A DNA stretch of 64,000 bases, from NCBI GenBank assembly GCA_031411295.1, contig JANOAV010000157.1, positions 32,001 to 96,000 of the forward strand. Reading direction: 5' to 3'. This DNA is from Verrucomicrobiales bacterium (GTDB lineage: Bacteria; Verrucomicrobiota; Verrucomicrobiia; Verrucomicrobiales; V1-33). Of this stretch, positions 1 to 9,013 are shown one piece after another; the first letter of the stretch is position 1, and each line of letters opens with the position of its first letter. The notes under the pieces were generated by a model that was given only the letters and a program-made list of their open reading frames with translations, was not told where the DNA came from and made no database searches. The position numbers and the translations under genes are program-made.

Positions 1-3000
1 GCTGCCATTCAAGCTCAGGCCTTGCACGGTGAGATTGTTCGTGGCGGCATACAACGTCAATGGGAGGCTCCAACCGGTCTCGCTGGTCCACGTCGGCGTG
101 TAAGTTACGCCATTGATGAGAAACGTTTTCACCCCCGGTGGGGCATTGCCTGTGAGGGTGATCAGACCATCCGCATCAGTTAGAGTATTACTCCCGCTGA
201 GCGTAAATACTGTGCTGCCATAGGTCGCATTCAACTGACTTAGAATATAGGTTCGTCTGGCATCGACGTATGTTTTGACCGTGCTCACTTGGGCTGCATT
301 CGAGGTGATCCCGTTAGCGGCCAGACCTGCCACCATGGCGTCAATCCGCGGGTTCACATTGGTGCCTAGCATGGGGCCATCCACGGCTTCACGGAAGGCA
401 CACCAGTAGGCGCGACGGAATTTCGGGTTGTTGCGGAATTTATCCGCCAGCACATCCTGGGTGTCAGTGAATAAACTAAAGGTCGCCACTTCGCCCACCA
501 AACCAAAACTGAAATCGATATCCCAGCAAGTCATGGCCCAAGGACCGCGAGTTGGCTTGTAGAGATACATGTTCTTCCCATAGCGCCAACCCCAGGTGTC
601 CCAGTTGCCAGCAATCCGCTGCACCGCCATGGCGCGAGCCCAGGAGTCCTGATCTACCAAGGGATCCACCGCCGCGAGATACGCCGCATCGGTGCCGGCA
701 GTGCCGGTATTGTGCGCATCAATCAGCGTCTGGAAATCCGCCCAATCGTTGGCGGAACCTTCCACGGAGCGGGCGGACCATTGATAGCGATAGGAGGCAG
801 TTTTATGCGCCCCGCCCGTGGTGGTGCGTTTCGTTAACATGGCGCGCACATCGGTCTGGAACGTGGCGCCATCATCCGCATACTCGATCCAGTCCTGCGC
901 CTTGTGCAAATGACCATCATTGTCGCTCGGCCAATATTCGCTGATCCAGGCACCGCCGGGTTGCTGGGTGTCTTCAAAGACCGTTTGCCGCTGCGTTCCA
1001 TTCACGAAGACCCGGCAGAAGCGACGGTGGATGCTGGGCAATCCAAGCTTCCGGGCCGTCCACCACGCCACTTGTTCGCGAATAAATGAAGTATCATCGC
1101 CAAACGTGCCCGGGCCGGAAAGGATAAAATCGGTCTCGCCCAGAAAGCGATCATCGCCTGGCACGTTGCAGTCGTAATCACAGTTATTGCCCGTCGGACC
1201 GTTGAATCCTCCTGTATGAAATGGACTGCCGCTGTATTGCGCGGAAGCGTTATAGACGATCCGGGAATTACCGTAAACAAAGGTGGCATCCAGCGGAGTG
1301 TTACTATTCCTGCCGCGCGTGCTCCAAGTGTTGCGCGTGGCTTCGGTGATCCAGATACGGTAAATCCCCATGTTTCCAGTCGGGGTGGGCTCGCCCCAGC
1401 GAATCAAACATTCCCGGGTGGGGGTATCAGTGGGAAACTGCGCGCTGGCGGAGAGGGAATCGTAAGCCGTGATCGAATACGCGACCAGCGTCCCTGCGGC
1501 CTGAGCTGGTATTTCCGCGCTGTAAAGGCCAGCGCCACGATTCGTCATGATGATGGAAGTGATGCTGTTGGCCGGATCTAGCCGATACCGCAGAACCGCC
1601 AAGGTCACTCCATCTGGATCATCCAATCTGGCATAAACGCTAACCGACTCACCCACTTGGGGCAAGGCGGGCCGATGCGTCACCTGGCTGATGCTAGGTC
1701 CGGCATTGGGCACCTGAGTGGAATTAGCGGTTCCCGGGGTCCCCGGATGCACGGTGCTGGATAGAATATTCCCCGTGGCTTCGAGCACGCCTCCATTCAA
1801 GCGCAGCAGAATTTCCGCGTGCCCACGCAACCACTTCACTTTGGCGCGAATGGTGCCCGTGCTGTTCGCGGCAGGCGTGACGTTTAACGGCACGGTGAGC
1901 CGATTGCCCGCCAAGTCTCCGCGTCCGGCGGCCCGCAGATGCAGGGAACTCGTGCCGCTGAATCCACCAGTTTCAATGCTGCTGGCATCGTGCGTGCCTT
2001 GCAGCAACCAGTTGCTAGTGCCGCTTTCGAAACCGCCATTGGTGATCACATTACTGCCTCCGGAGGGAATGAACTCCACATCGTCCAATAAACATTCACC
2101 TGCACCTAATAACATCACATGCAGTCGATTCAGGGCAGCCCCTGAACCATTGTCCAAGACTCCGGTGGCCTCCACGCTGACCCAACCACTCTCGCCAGTT
2201 TCATCGCTGTCCGCCCAGTTAGCGGCCAACCGTCCGTCACTGCGCAAGTCCTTGCGCTCCAGACTGGAACCACCACCATCACTCCATGTCCCCCAGCGGC
2301 CGCGGGTGCCGTAGGTGACTTCATCCACCGTCGGGTAGATGGCAGCTGCTAGCACACCGTCCACTATCGTTTCCGGCTGCTCCAATCGCAACCGCTCCCC
2401 CACCCCCTGATTCAGCGTGCCCGTGAAGGCCGTGACCGCCAGCTTCCCGCCCGTCGGCACCATCGTAGCCGCTGGGAAATCATAACTTACCCCACCGCGC
2501 AAACGCCATCCCGTCAGGTCCAAATTGCCCCCAGACAGGTTGGTGATTTCGACAAACGGTAACTGCACGCTACCGACCGGAGGATGATAGAAAATTTCTG
2601 AGATCACGGCCGACTTGGTTGCTGGAACGCTGTTCGGTTGCCCCATCGTTGCGCTCGCCAGCGTGGCTAGCATGGCCCCACCATCGGGAGATCTACCCGT
2701 AGTGAGACCTGCCCTTTGTGCGGTAAATTTCAACGCCTCCAAGACCCGACCTGGTAGTCCCCCGACATTCGGAGCGCGCAGATAAACGGTGTCACCTGCG
2801 GAGTTGAGCGCAAACCCTAACGTGGATCCAGTCAAGGCCAGGAAACCTCCCGCAGGCAACAAGGAGGCCGTTGGGAAGAAATATTTGGCAACGTCCCGAT
2901 CATCGCTCAGGGAACAATCCGAGAGATCCACCGCACTGCTACTGTAGTTGTATAGCTCCACGAAATCGCCTGCCGCATTGGCTGTGGCCTGCACTTCATT

Positions 3001-5736
3001 GATCACCACCGTGCGGTAGGGATCCGCTGTGACTGGCTCCGTCGCGCCCGGTGAACCATCCAGTTGGTAACTTTGGTCCCAAGCCCGGGGATCGTTCATG
3101 CCGTAACTGGGCCGGGCCAGCACCAGCGAGTGCCCGGTGCCATCCGGAGCCACTGGCCATGGAGGACTGGTGTCATACTCCACTTCGAAGACCACACCAT
3201 CGGAGTAATCCCGCAACCGAACCACACCACCACTATTGTTGAGCGAACCCGTCCACGGCCCCAGCACCCCAACAATGCCGTAAACACTACTAACATCCGC
3301 AGGCACCGCCGCCACCACCAGATAACCGCCTGCCGCAATCGTCGTCCCCGCAGGGAAACTGTAATTCACTTCACCCGTGATCCGGCAGCCTGACAAATCT
3401 TCCGCCCACGCTTGCGAGTTGTAAATCTCAATGAACTCCAAGTTCTTCAAGTCCACACGATCCCGCGGATGATAATGGATTTCCGAGAAAACATACGGCC
3501 CGCGTCGCGTGGCCGGACCGGCTGGTTCCGCGTTAGGACGGATTAACTCGATGGGTGCAGGCACAGGCGGAGGAGCCGAAACAAATCCTGTATTGGCAGT
3601 GATCAGATTATTCCCCACCAAATCACGAACGTTAGTGGCTGTGACCGTATAACTCTGCCCCGGCGTGAGTCCGGAAACGGTCAGTGTCACCAAACCAGCG
3701 ATGGGCCCGGCGGTCGCGCCCACCACCGTGCCTCCGCCCGTGAGCGTAAAGGCCGCGTTCGCCAAATCCACTGCTTCATTGAAGGAAAGTATGATTTGGG
3801 AAGACTGCGGGGAGGTGGCGCTGAGCAGTTGCGGAGGATTGACATCATTGACCGTTAGCGTGGCTGTGTTGGTCAGGGTGCCCCCATAAGGATTGTAAAT
3901 CACGCAGCGAAACTGCGCACTGTTATCAGCCAGGGTAGCCGGATTCAGCGTGTAACTCGCGGCGGTGGCACCAGCGATATCCACCCCATTGCGCTGCCAG
4001 CGATAAACGGCACCAGTGACATTACTCAGGGTGGCAGTGAAAGTTGCGCTGCTTCCTTCATTCACATTTTGGCTGGCAGGCTGGCCCGTGACCACCGGAG
4101 CGCTGCCAGCGGTTGCCGTGAGCCAGGCATTGTAATGCGCGGTCACTGCGGTGGCAGGCAAGGGGTCGGCGTAGAGCGCTACTTCATCAATGTTTCCTGG
4201 AAACGATTCCTGTGAACTGGGCCCCGCCGAACCGATTTCGGCATTTACCGAGAGCGCTGAACCCAGTGGCTGCGTGATATTTCCCAGGCTGGTTCCGTTA
4301 TGATAGAGCGTGACCTGACCATTGTTGATTACGAAGACCAGATGCATCAATCGCCCGATACTGTTCGTGGGCAACGTCCATGTTGGCGCGCCAGTTCCAT
4401 TGTAGAACCAGATTTTCGTGCCCGCGCTGTCCGCGTGAATACTGTAGCGCGTGCCACCGCCACCATCATTCCGCACCCCGATCATACTGGGATTGTAGCC
4501 GGCGGTGGCGGTGTGAAAGACGAACATTTCAATCGTGCCATTGCCGTCCACAAAGTTCCATTCCGGATCTTTCGTCACACTCACCCAGCCACCGCCATCG
4601 GAATTAATACTCCGACTCCCGATCGTCCGTGCCGCCGTGCTGTCGTGTGCCGCCGTGCCGCCCAGCGTGCCGCTAAAGGCTGGTTTCTTGACGTTCGTGA
4701 CCGCTGGTGACGAACTGCCGTCCACGGGAAAATAAGCAAAGAGCGAGGGCTCCGCCTGCACTGCGCTACTAAAGTAGCCGCTGCCGACCGCTGGATTCGT
4801 GACCGTTAACATAGCTGAATTACTCGTGACCGTGCCATTGGCGTTGGTTACCAAACAATCAAATGTGATGCCACTGTCGCCCGCCGTGATCGGGTCCAAG
4901 CGATAGACCGCCGCGTTTCCGCCAGTCGGAACATTGCTTCCCGCCCGCCGCCATTGATAACTAGTGGCTCCGGTGGCGGCAATCGTGAATCGCCCCACGC
5001 CACCTTGCAGAGCCGTCAGATTGGCTGGCTGCAAGGTAATCGTGGGCGGCAGCGCGGAGTTATCCTGCACATTGAAATAGGTAAACGATGCCCCCGCCTT
5101 GGCCGCGGCCGTTTTATAAACCATGCCCACGCGGGAGTTCGCGAAGTTCGTAGTATAATTCAGAGCCGCCCCGGTCAGTTGGGTCCAGGCATCGGCGGCA
5201 TTGAACTTGAAAAAGAAATTATAGGTATCCGTGGCCCCTGCTTCCTGAATCACCACGCGCAGAAAAACCGAACCCGCAGACGTCACCACGCCCACATTGG
5301 GAATGTTATCCCCCAGCCCCTGCAGCCGCACCGCACGGCCCGCCGGATCCCAGTTATCCAACCCGAATGAGATATCCGGCTTGGCGCCATCCGGACCACC
5401 ATAGAACGTCAGTCCGGCCACCTGATTATTCTGGGTGACATTATTAATGCGCACCTCCGTTTCGACCGACCACGTGCTGCCGTTGACCAAGCCCGTTGGA
5501 ATGGCCGTCCAAGCAATGGGCGCGTTATTACGCGCGCCCCACATGTCTGTGTTCCCGCCCGCATTGAAATCCAGCTCATCATTTACCGCATCGAAGGTAA
5601 CGCTCCCCAACGTGGCGTTCGGCACATCGAGCGCAATGGCCGCCGGCAGTGTGGCTTCTTCAAAACTCGTGACAACAGCCGCACGGGCCATGGAGTAAAC
5701 CAAGCAGAGCAGAAGGCAGGGGAGGAGATGTTTCAT
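1..5736 (-). CDS. Large secreted multidomain protein (Ig-like, LamG-like, multiple lamin-tail domains, CotH-family kinase domain); runs off the left edge
   Basis: Absent from the ORF track because there is no stop in the window; translated by hand. ATG at 5736 gives MKHLLPCLLLCLVYSMARA (signal peptide), and the frame stays open to position 1. Lamin-tail motifs: VFSEIHYHP..EFIEIYN, VINEVQA..DFVELYN, VISEIFYHP. CotH motifs: GNWDTWG..GKNMYLY and WDIDFSFG (about 500-610). Confidence 0.85.
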   Translation of the reverse strand, partial: MKHLLPCLLLCLVYSMARAAVVTSFEEATLPAAIALDVPNATLGSVTFDAVNDELDFNAGGNTDMWGARNNAPIAWTAIPTGLVNGSTWSVETEVRINNVTQNNQVAGLTFYGGPDGAKPDISFGLDNWDPAGRAVRLQGLGDNIPNVGVVTSAGSVFLRVVIQEAGATDTYNFFFKFNAADAWTQLTGAALNYTTNFANSRVGMVYKTAAAKAGASFTYFNVQDNSALPPTITLQPANLTALQGGVGRFTIAATGATSYQWRRAGSNVPTGGNAAVYRLDPITAGDSGITFDCLVTNANGTVTSNSAMLTVTNPAVGSGYFSSAVQAEPSLFAYFPVDGSSSPAVTNVKKPAFSGTLGGTAAHDSTAARTIGSRSINSDGGGWVSVTKDPEWNFVDGNGTIEMFVFHTATAGYNPSMIGVRNDGGGGTRYSIHADSAGTKIWFYNGTGAPTWTLPTNSIGRLMHLVFVINNGQVTLYHNGTSLGNITQPLGSALSVNAEIGSAGPSSQESFPGNIDEVALYADPLPATAVTAHYNAWLTATAGSAPVVTGQPASQNVNEGSSATFTATLSNVTGAVYRWQRNGVDIAGATAASYTLNPATLADNSAQFRCVIYNPYGGTLTNTATLTVNDVNPPQLLSATSPQSSQIILSFNEAVDLANAAFTLTGGGTVVGATAGPIAGLVTLTVSGLTPGQSYTVTATNVRDLVGNNLITANTGFVSAPPPVPAPIELIRPNAEPAGPATRRGPYVFSEIHYHPRDRVDLKNLEFIEIYNSQAWAEDLSGCRITGEVNYSFPAGTTIAAGGYLVVAAVPADVSSVYGIVGVLGPWTGSLNNSGGVVRLRDYSDGVVFEVEYDTSPPWPVAPDGTGHSLVLARPSYGMNDPRAWDQSYQLDGSPGATEPVTADPYRTVVINEVQATANAAGDFVELYNYSSSAVDLSDCSLSDDRDVAKYFFPTASLLPAGGFLALTGSTLGFALNSAGDTVYLRAPNVGGLPGRVLEALKFTAQRAGLTTGRSPDGGAMLATLASATMGQPNSVPATKSAVISEIFYHPPVGSVQLPFVEITNLSGGNLDLTGWRLRGGVSYDFPAATMVPTGGKLAVTAFTGTLNQGVGERLRLEQPETIVDGVLAAAIYPTVDEVTYGTRGRWGTWSDGGGSSLERKDLRSDGRLAANWADSDETGESGWVSVEATGVLDNGSGAALNRLHVMLLGAGECLLDDVEFIPSGGSNVITNGGFESGTSNWLLQGTHDASSIETGGFSGTSSLHLRAAGRGDLAGNRLTVPLNVTPAANSTGTIRAKVKWLRGHAEILLRLNGGVLEATGNILSSTVHPGTPGTANSTQVPNAGPSISQVTHRPALPQVGESVSVYARLDDPDGVTLAVLRYRLDPANSITSIIMTNRGAGLYSAEIPAQAAGTLVAYSITAYDSLSASAQFPTDTPTRECLIRWGEPTPTGNMGIYRIWITEATRNTWSTRGRNSNTPLDATFVYGNSRIVYNASAQYSGSPFHTGGFNGPTGNNCDYDCNVPGDDRFLGETDFILSGPGTFGDDTSFIREQVAWWTARKLGLPSIHRRFCRVFVNGTQRQTVFEDTQQPGGAWISEYWPSDNDGHLHKAQDWIEYADDGATFQTDVRAMLTKRTTTGGAHKTASYRYQWSARSVEGSANDWADFQTLIDAHNTGTAGTDAAYLAAVDPLVDQDSWARAMAVQRIAGNWDTWGWRYGKNMYLYKPTRGPWAMTCWDIDFSFGLVGEVATFSLFTDTQDVLADKFRNNPKFRRAYWCAFREAVDGPMLGTNVNPRIDAMVAGLAANGITSNAAQVSTVKTYVDARRTYILSQLNATYGSTVFTLSGSNTLTDADGLITLTGNAPPGVKTFLINGVTYTPTWTSETGWSLPLTLYAATNNLTVQGLSLNGS

Positions 5737-5870
5737 GAGGAATTTGGGACCGAGTTCCTTCTATATCAGAACCCACCTTGCACGCCAAGTGCACAAATAC
5801 ACAGAAACCAGATGAAAATCCACCAACGAGGGGGTTGCATCGAGAACGTTAGACTGTATTTGAGGGATCG

Positions 5871-6827
5871 ATGAAAAAGCGCCCAGTCCTCCCCAAACCC
5901 GTCTTCCTTGACCCCACCATCGATTGGGCGTTCAAGCGTATTTTTGGCTCCGTCGAGAGTCACGATATTTTGTTGGGGTTTCTTAATGCACTGCTCCATG
6001 GCGGTCGCACCGTAATCCAGAGTTTAACCATCAAGGATCCTTATCTCGCGGCCCGCCTTAAGGACCTCAAGGAAACCGCCGTGGACGTCAGAGCGGTCTT
6101 GGACAATGGCTCCGAACAACTCATCGAGATGCAACTCTTCCCCACCAGCGGCTTCACGCAGCGCCTCAATTTCAATGCTGCCAAAGTGATGGCCGGGCAA
6201 TTGAAGCGCGGAGGCAACTATCTCAACGTTCGCCCAGTCACGATCATCGCCATCACGAATTTCGAAATCCTCCCGCATCGGCAGGAATGGTTCAGTCATT
6301 TCAGTCCGATTGAACGCACCTCGGGAGACCATTACCCGCACGGTGGAATCGACATCATTTTCCTAGAACTCCCCAAAGCCACCACCGAACGCATTCCGCT
6401 ACATCACCCCATGCGTGAGTGGCTAAGTTTCTTGATTTCCGCCAAAAACTGGCGTAGGGTCCCCAAGGAAGTGAAGGATCCCCGCGTCCACCATGCCTTG
6501 GACATCGCGCGCATGGATAATCTCACCCCCAAAGAATCCGAACTTATGAGCCGTCGCCAACTTTATCAATGGGATCAAATCAACATGCGCACTTACGCGC
6601 TGGAGGAGGGGCGTGCTGAAGGAAAGGCTGAAGGAAAGGCTGAAGGTAAGACTGAAGGTAAGGCTGAAACGTTGCGGAAAATTCTCGCTAAACGCCTTGG
6701 GCCATTGCCGAAAACAGTGACGACCCTGATTGGACGCTTGGATTTCCTGCAGTTGGAGAAGCTGGAAGACCGCGTGTTGGATTTTCCTTCGGTCAAAAGT
6801 GTGCGGGAGTTCTTGCAGTCCCTGTGA
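5871..6827 (+). CDS. Rpn-family PD-(D/E)XK nuclease / putative transposase with C-terminal EGxxEG repeats and a DUF4351-like tail
   Basis: DWAFKRIFG, VDVRA, IEMQ and IFLELPK motifs; C-terminal EEGRAEGKAEGKAEGKTEGKAE followed by LAKRLGPLP...LEKL..RVLDF. Confidence 0.9.
   Translation: MKKRPVLPKPVFLDPTIDWAFKRIFGSVESHDILLGFLNALLHGGRTVIQSLTIKDPYLAARLKDLKETAVDVRAVLDNGSEQLIEMQLFPTSGFTQRLNFNAAKVMAGQLKRGGNYLNVRPVTIIAITNFEILPHRQEWFSHFSPIERTSGDHYPHGGIDIIFLELPKATTERIPLHHPMREWLSFLISAKNWRRVPKEVKDPRVHHALDIARMDNLTPKESELMSRRQLYQWDQINMRTYALEEGRAEGKAEGKAEGKTEGKAETLRKILAKRLGPLPKTVTTLIGRLDFLQLEKLEDRVLDFPSVKSVREFLQSL
6615..6668 (+). repeat. 12-bp tandem repeat (about 4.5 copies of RCTGAAGGWAAG) encoding AEGK
   Basis: Directly visible: gctgaaggaaag x2, gctgaaggtaag, actgaaggtaag, gctgaa. 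Confidence 0.95.
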
Positions 6828-6985
6828 AGGCACTGAGTGGTAAACTCCCAATCACTCCTGGGTGGACAAGCGCCTGCTCGGAGCGTTCCACAATCCAACG
6901 CGATCAGACGATTATCCAACAATCCTCCGTCGCCAGCATCTTCCTCTTGTAAATTGTTTTGCCCCTCCGCTATGATTTCCTCATC

Positions 6986-8140
6986 ATGGCTGACTCCTTT
7001 CATTCCCAATACCCTTCCATCGAGCACCTGCGTGAACGGGCGCGTCAACGGACGCCTCGCTTTGCTTTTGAATATCTGGAAGGCGGATGCTTTTCTGAGA
7101 TCAATCTGCGGCGCAATACGGAGGAGATTCGTGAGATCCAACTCAAGCCGTGGTATCTGAATGATTTCGCTGGCGCATCATTGCAGACCGAGTTGTTCGG
7201 CAAGACCTACGATGCGCCCTTCGGAATAGCCCCCATCGGGCTTCAGGGCCTGATCTGGCCGCGGGCGACAGAGATCCTGGCCAAAGCGGCCCAGCAACAC
7301 AACATCCCTTTCATCCTTAGCACCGTCGGCACCGCTAGCATCGAAACCGTGGCCGAACTCACGCAAGGCAATGCCTGGTTTCAACTCTATCATCCAGTCG
7401 CAACTGAACTCCGAGACAAGCTCCTGGACCGGGTGACAGCTGCGGGCTTTCCCGTGCTCGTCATCCTCGCTGATACCCCCACCTTCGCCTATCGGCCCAA
7501 AGAGATCCGCAACGGGTTGTCCATTCCACCCAAAATGTCCCTGCGCAATGTCTTCCAAATGATGCTGCATCCCACCTGGTCGTTCAGCCAACTTCTCGCT
7601 GGCGCACCAGAGTTTAAGACCATGAAACCCTACATCCCCAAGGGATTGAACATGAAGCACCTTGGGTTGTTCATGAACCAAACGTTTTCCGGCAGACTCA
7701 ATGCCGACAAGATTAAAGCCATCCGCGATCGCTGGAAGGGCAGGCTAGTCATTAAAGGAATCGTCAACCCCGACGACGCTGAGAAAGCCATCGCGCTTGG
7801 AGTTGACGGCCTCATCGTCTCCAATCACGGCGGCCGCCAACTTGATGCGGGGCAATCAACCATCAAGCCCCTGACAGCCCTGGCGAAAGAATTCGGCACG
7901 CGCACCACTCTCATGCTAGACAGCGGCGTGCGCAGCGGTCCGGATGTCGCGTGCGCCTTGGCCAGCGGAGCGAAATTCACCTTCATGGGCCGCTCCTTCA
8001 TGTATGGCATCGGGGCGCTCGGAGCCAGCGGTGGAGATCACACGATCACCATGCTCAAGCGCCAACTCCAGCAAGTGATGGAGCAATTGGCCTGCGAACG
8101 AGTGTCCGACTTCCCCCGACACCTCGTAACTGGAAGCTAG
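6986..8140 (+). CDS. FMN-dependent alpha-hydroxy acid dehydrogenase (L-lactate dehydrogenase LldD-like)
   Basis: FEYLEGG, PFGIAPIG, WFQLY, VIKGI, SNHGGRQLD and DSGVRSGPDV motifs; start taken as the ATG at 6986. Substrate not determinable from sequence. Confidence 0.9.
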   Translation: MADSFHSQYPSIEHLRERARQRTPRFAFEYLEGGCFSEINLRRNTEEIREIQLKPWYLNDFAGASLQTELFGKTYDAPFGIAPIGLQGLIWPRATEILAKAAQQHNIPFILSTVGTASIETVAELTQGNAWFQLYHPVATELRDKLLDRVTAAGFPVLVILADTPTFAYRPKEIRNGLSIPPKMSLRNVFQMMLHPTWSFSQLLAGAPEFKTMKPYIPKGLNMKHLGLFMNQTFSGRLNADKIKAIRDRWKGRLVIKGIVNPDDAEKAIALGVDGLIVSNHGGRQLDAGQSTIKPLTALAKEFGTRTTLMLDSGVRSGPDVACALASGAKFTFMGRSFMYGIGALGASGGDHTITMLKRQLQQVMEQLACERVSDFPRHLVTGS

Positions 8141-8224
8141 CCCGCATCTCTTACCAGATTCGTCGCGAGGCGCACAGATTACCTGATTTACCAAGGCGCG
8201 CGCAGGATGCTACGCTGGAGGGAT

Positions 8225-8839
8225 TTACTTGGTCGGCGGGGTGGGCAAGTAACAACCGATGGCCTTGGTGAACTTTTCCGCCACGGGTTTTTTCGCCAGA
8301 ACTGCGTCGAGCGCCAGGCGCAGATCGCGTTGCCTTGGATCGGCTCTGACCGTGCCAAACTTTACGGCCCGGTCATCGATCCGCCCGCGGTAAACCATTT
8401 CACCCTTGGCATTGAAGACACAGGCCTCGGGCATGACCGTGGCTCCCGTCAGCGCGACTAACTGTAACTGCGGGTCCAGCAAGCCTGCGAGTGGAAGCTT
8501 GTATTCCTTCAGGTGCCGGGAGGCTTCCTCGGATGTGGCATCGGCATAAACCGCATAGCAGAGGATGCCCCGAGCCTGATACTCGGTCACGATGCGCGCG
8601 ATCTCGGGAGCGTAAGCATTTCCGATCGGGCACTCCGGCGTGAGGAAAAACAAGACCGTGGCCTGCTGGTGCTGATCTGCCAGCGGAGCGATGGATTGAC
8701 CGGCGGGGTTATGCAAATGAATCGCCCTTCCTGCTTTAACACTATTTTCCTCGGTGCCTCCAAGGGCTGGGGCCACGCATCCCATCATGAGCTGGATGAC
8801 GAGGATTACGTTGGCAACTATGGGAACACGGAGGATCAT
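8225..8839 (-). CDS. Exported redoxin / AhpC-TSA family protein
   Basis: TVLFFLTPECPI, GATVMPEA, YRGRIDD and terminal AIGC; N-terminal hydrophobic signal. Confidence 0.8.
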   Translation of the reverse strand: MILRVPIVANVILVIQLMMGCVAPALGGTEENSVKAGRAIHLHNPAGQSIAPLADQHQQATVLFFLTPECPIGNAYAPEIARIVTEYQARGILCYAVYADATSEEASRHLKEYKLPLAGLLDPQLQLVALTGATVMPEACVFNAKGEMVYRGRIDDRAVKFGTVRADPRQRDLRLALDAVLAKKPVAEKFTKAIGCYLPTPPTK

Positions 8840-9013
8840 ATATCGGCCGTCAACTAAACCTGCCGTGACCTTGATGCCAGCGGAAATGCGCCCGGGCTTC
8901 CCGAGATTGCGGGTCAGTGGGGATTGAATTCAAGGAGGTGCCTTCGAGGGCGCTGAAATCGAATCATGTGTCCCGAATGCCACCCACTGCCTGAGTGTGC
9001 ATTGCGGCTAAGC

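Noticed and set aside
552..5698. Many short plus-strand ORFs
   Set aside because: Antisense shadows of the long minus-strand CotH/lamin-tail gene.
5871..6827. Insertion sequence
   Set aside because: No terminal inverted repeats or target duplication seen; Rpn proteins are not established transposases.
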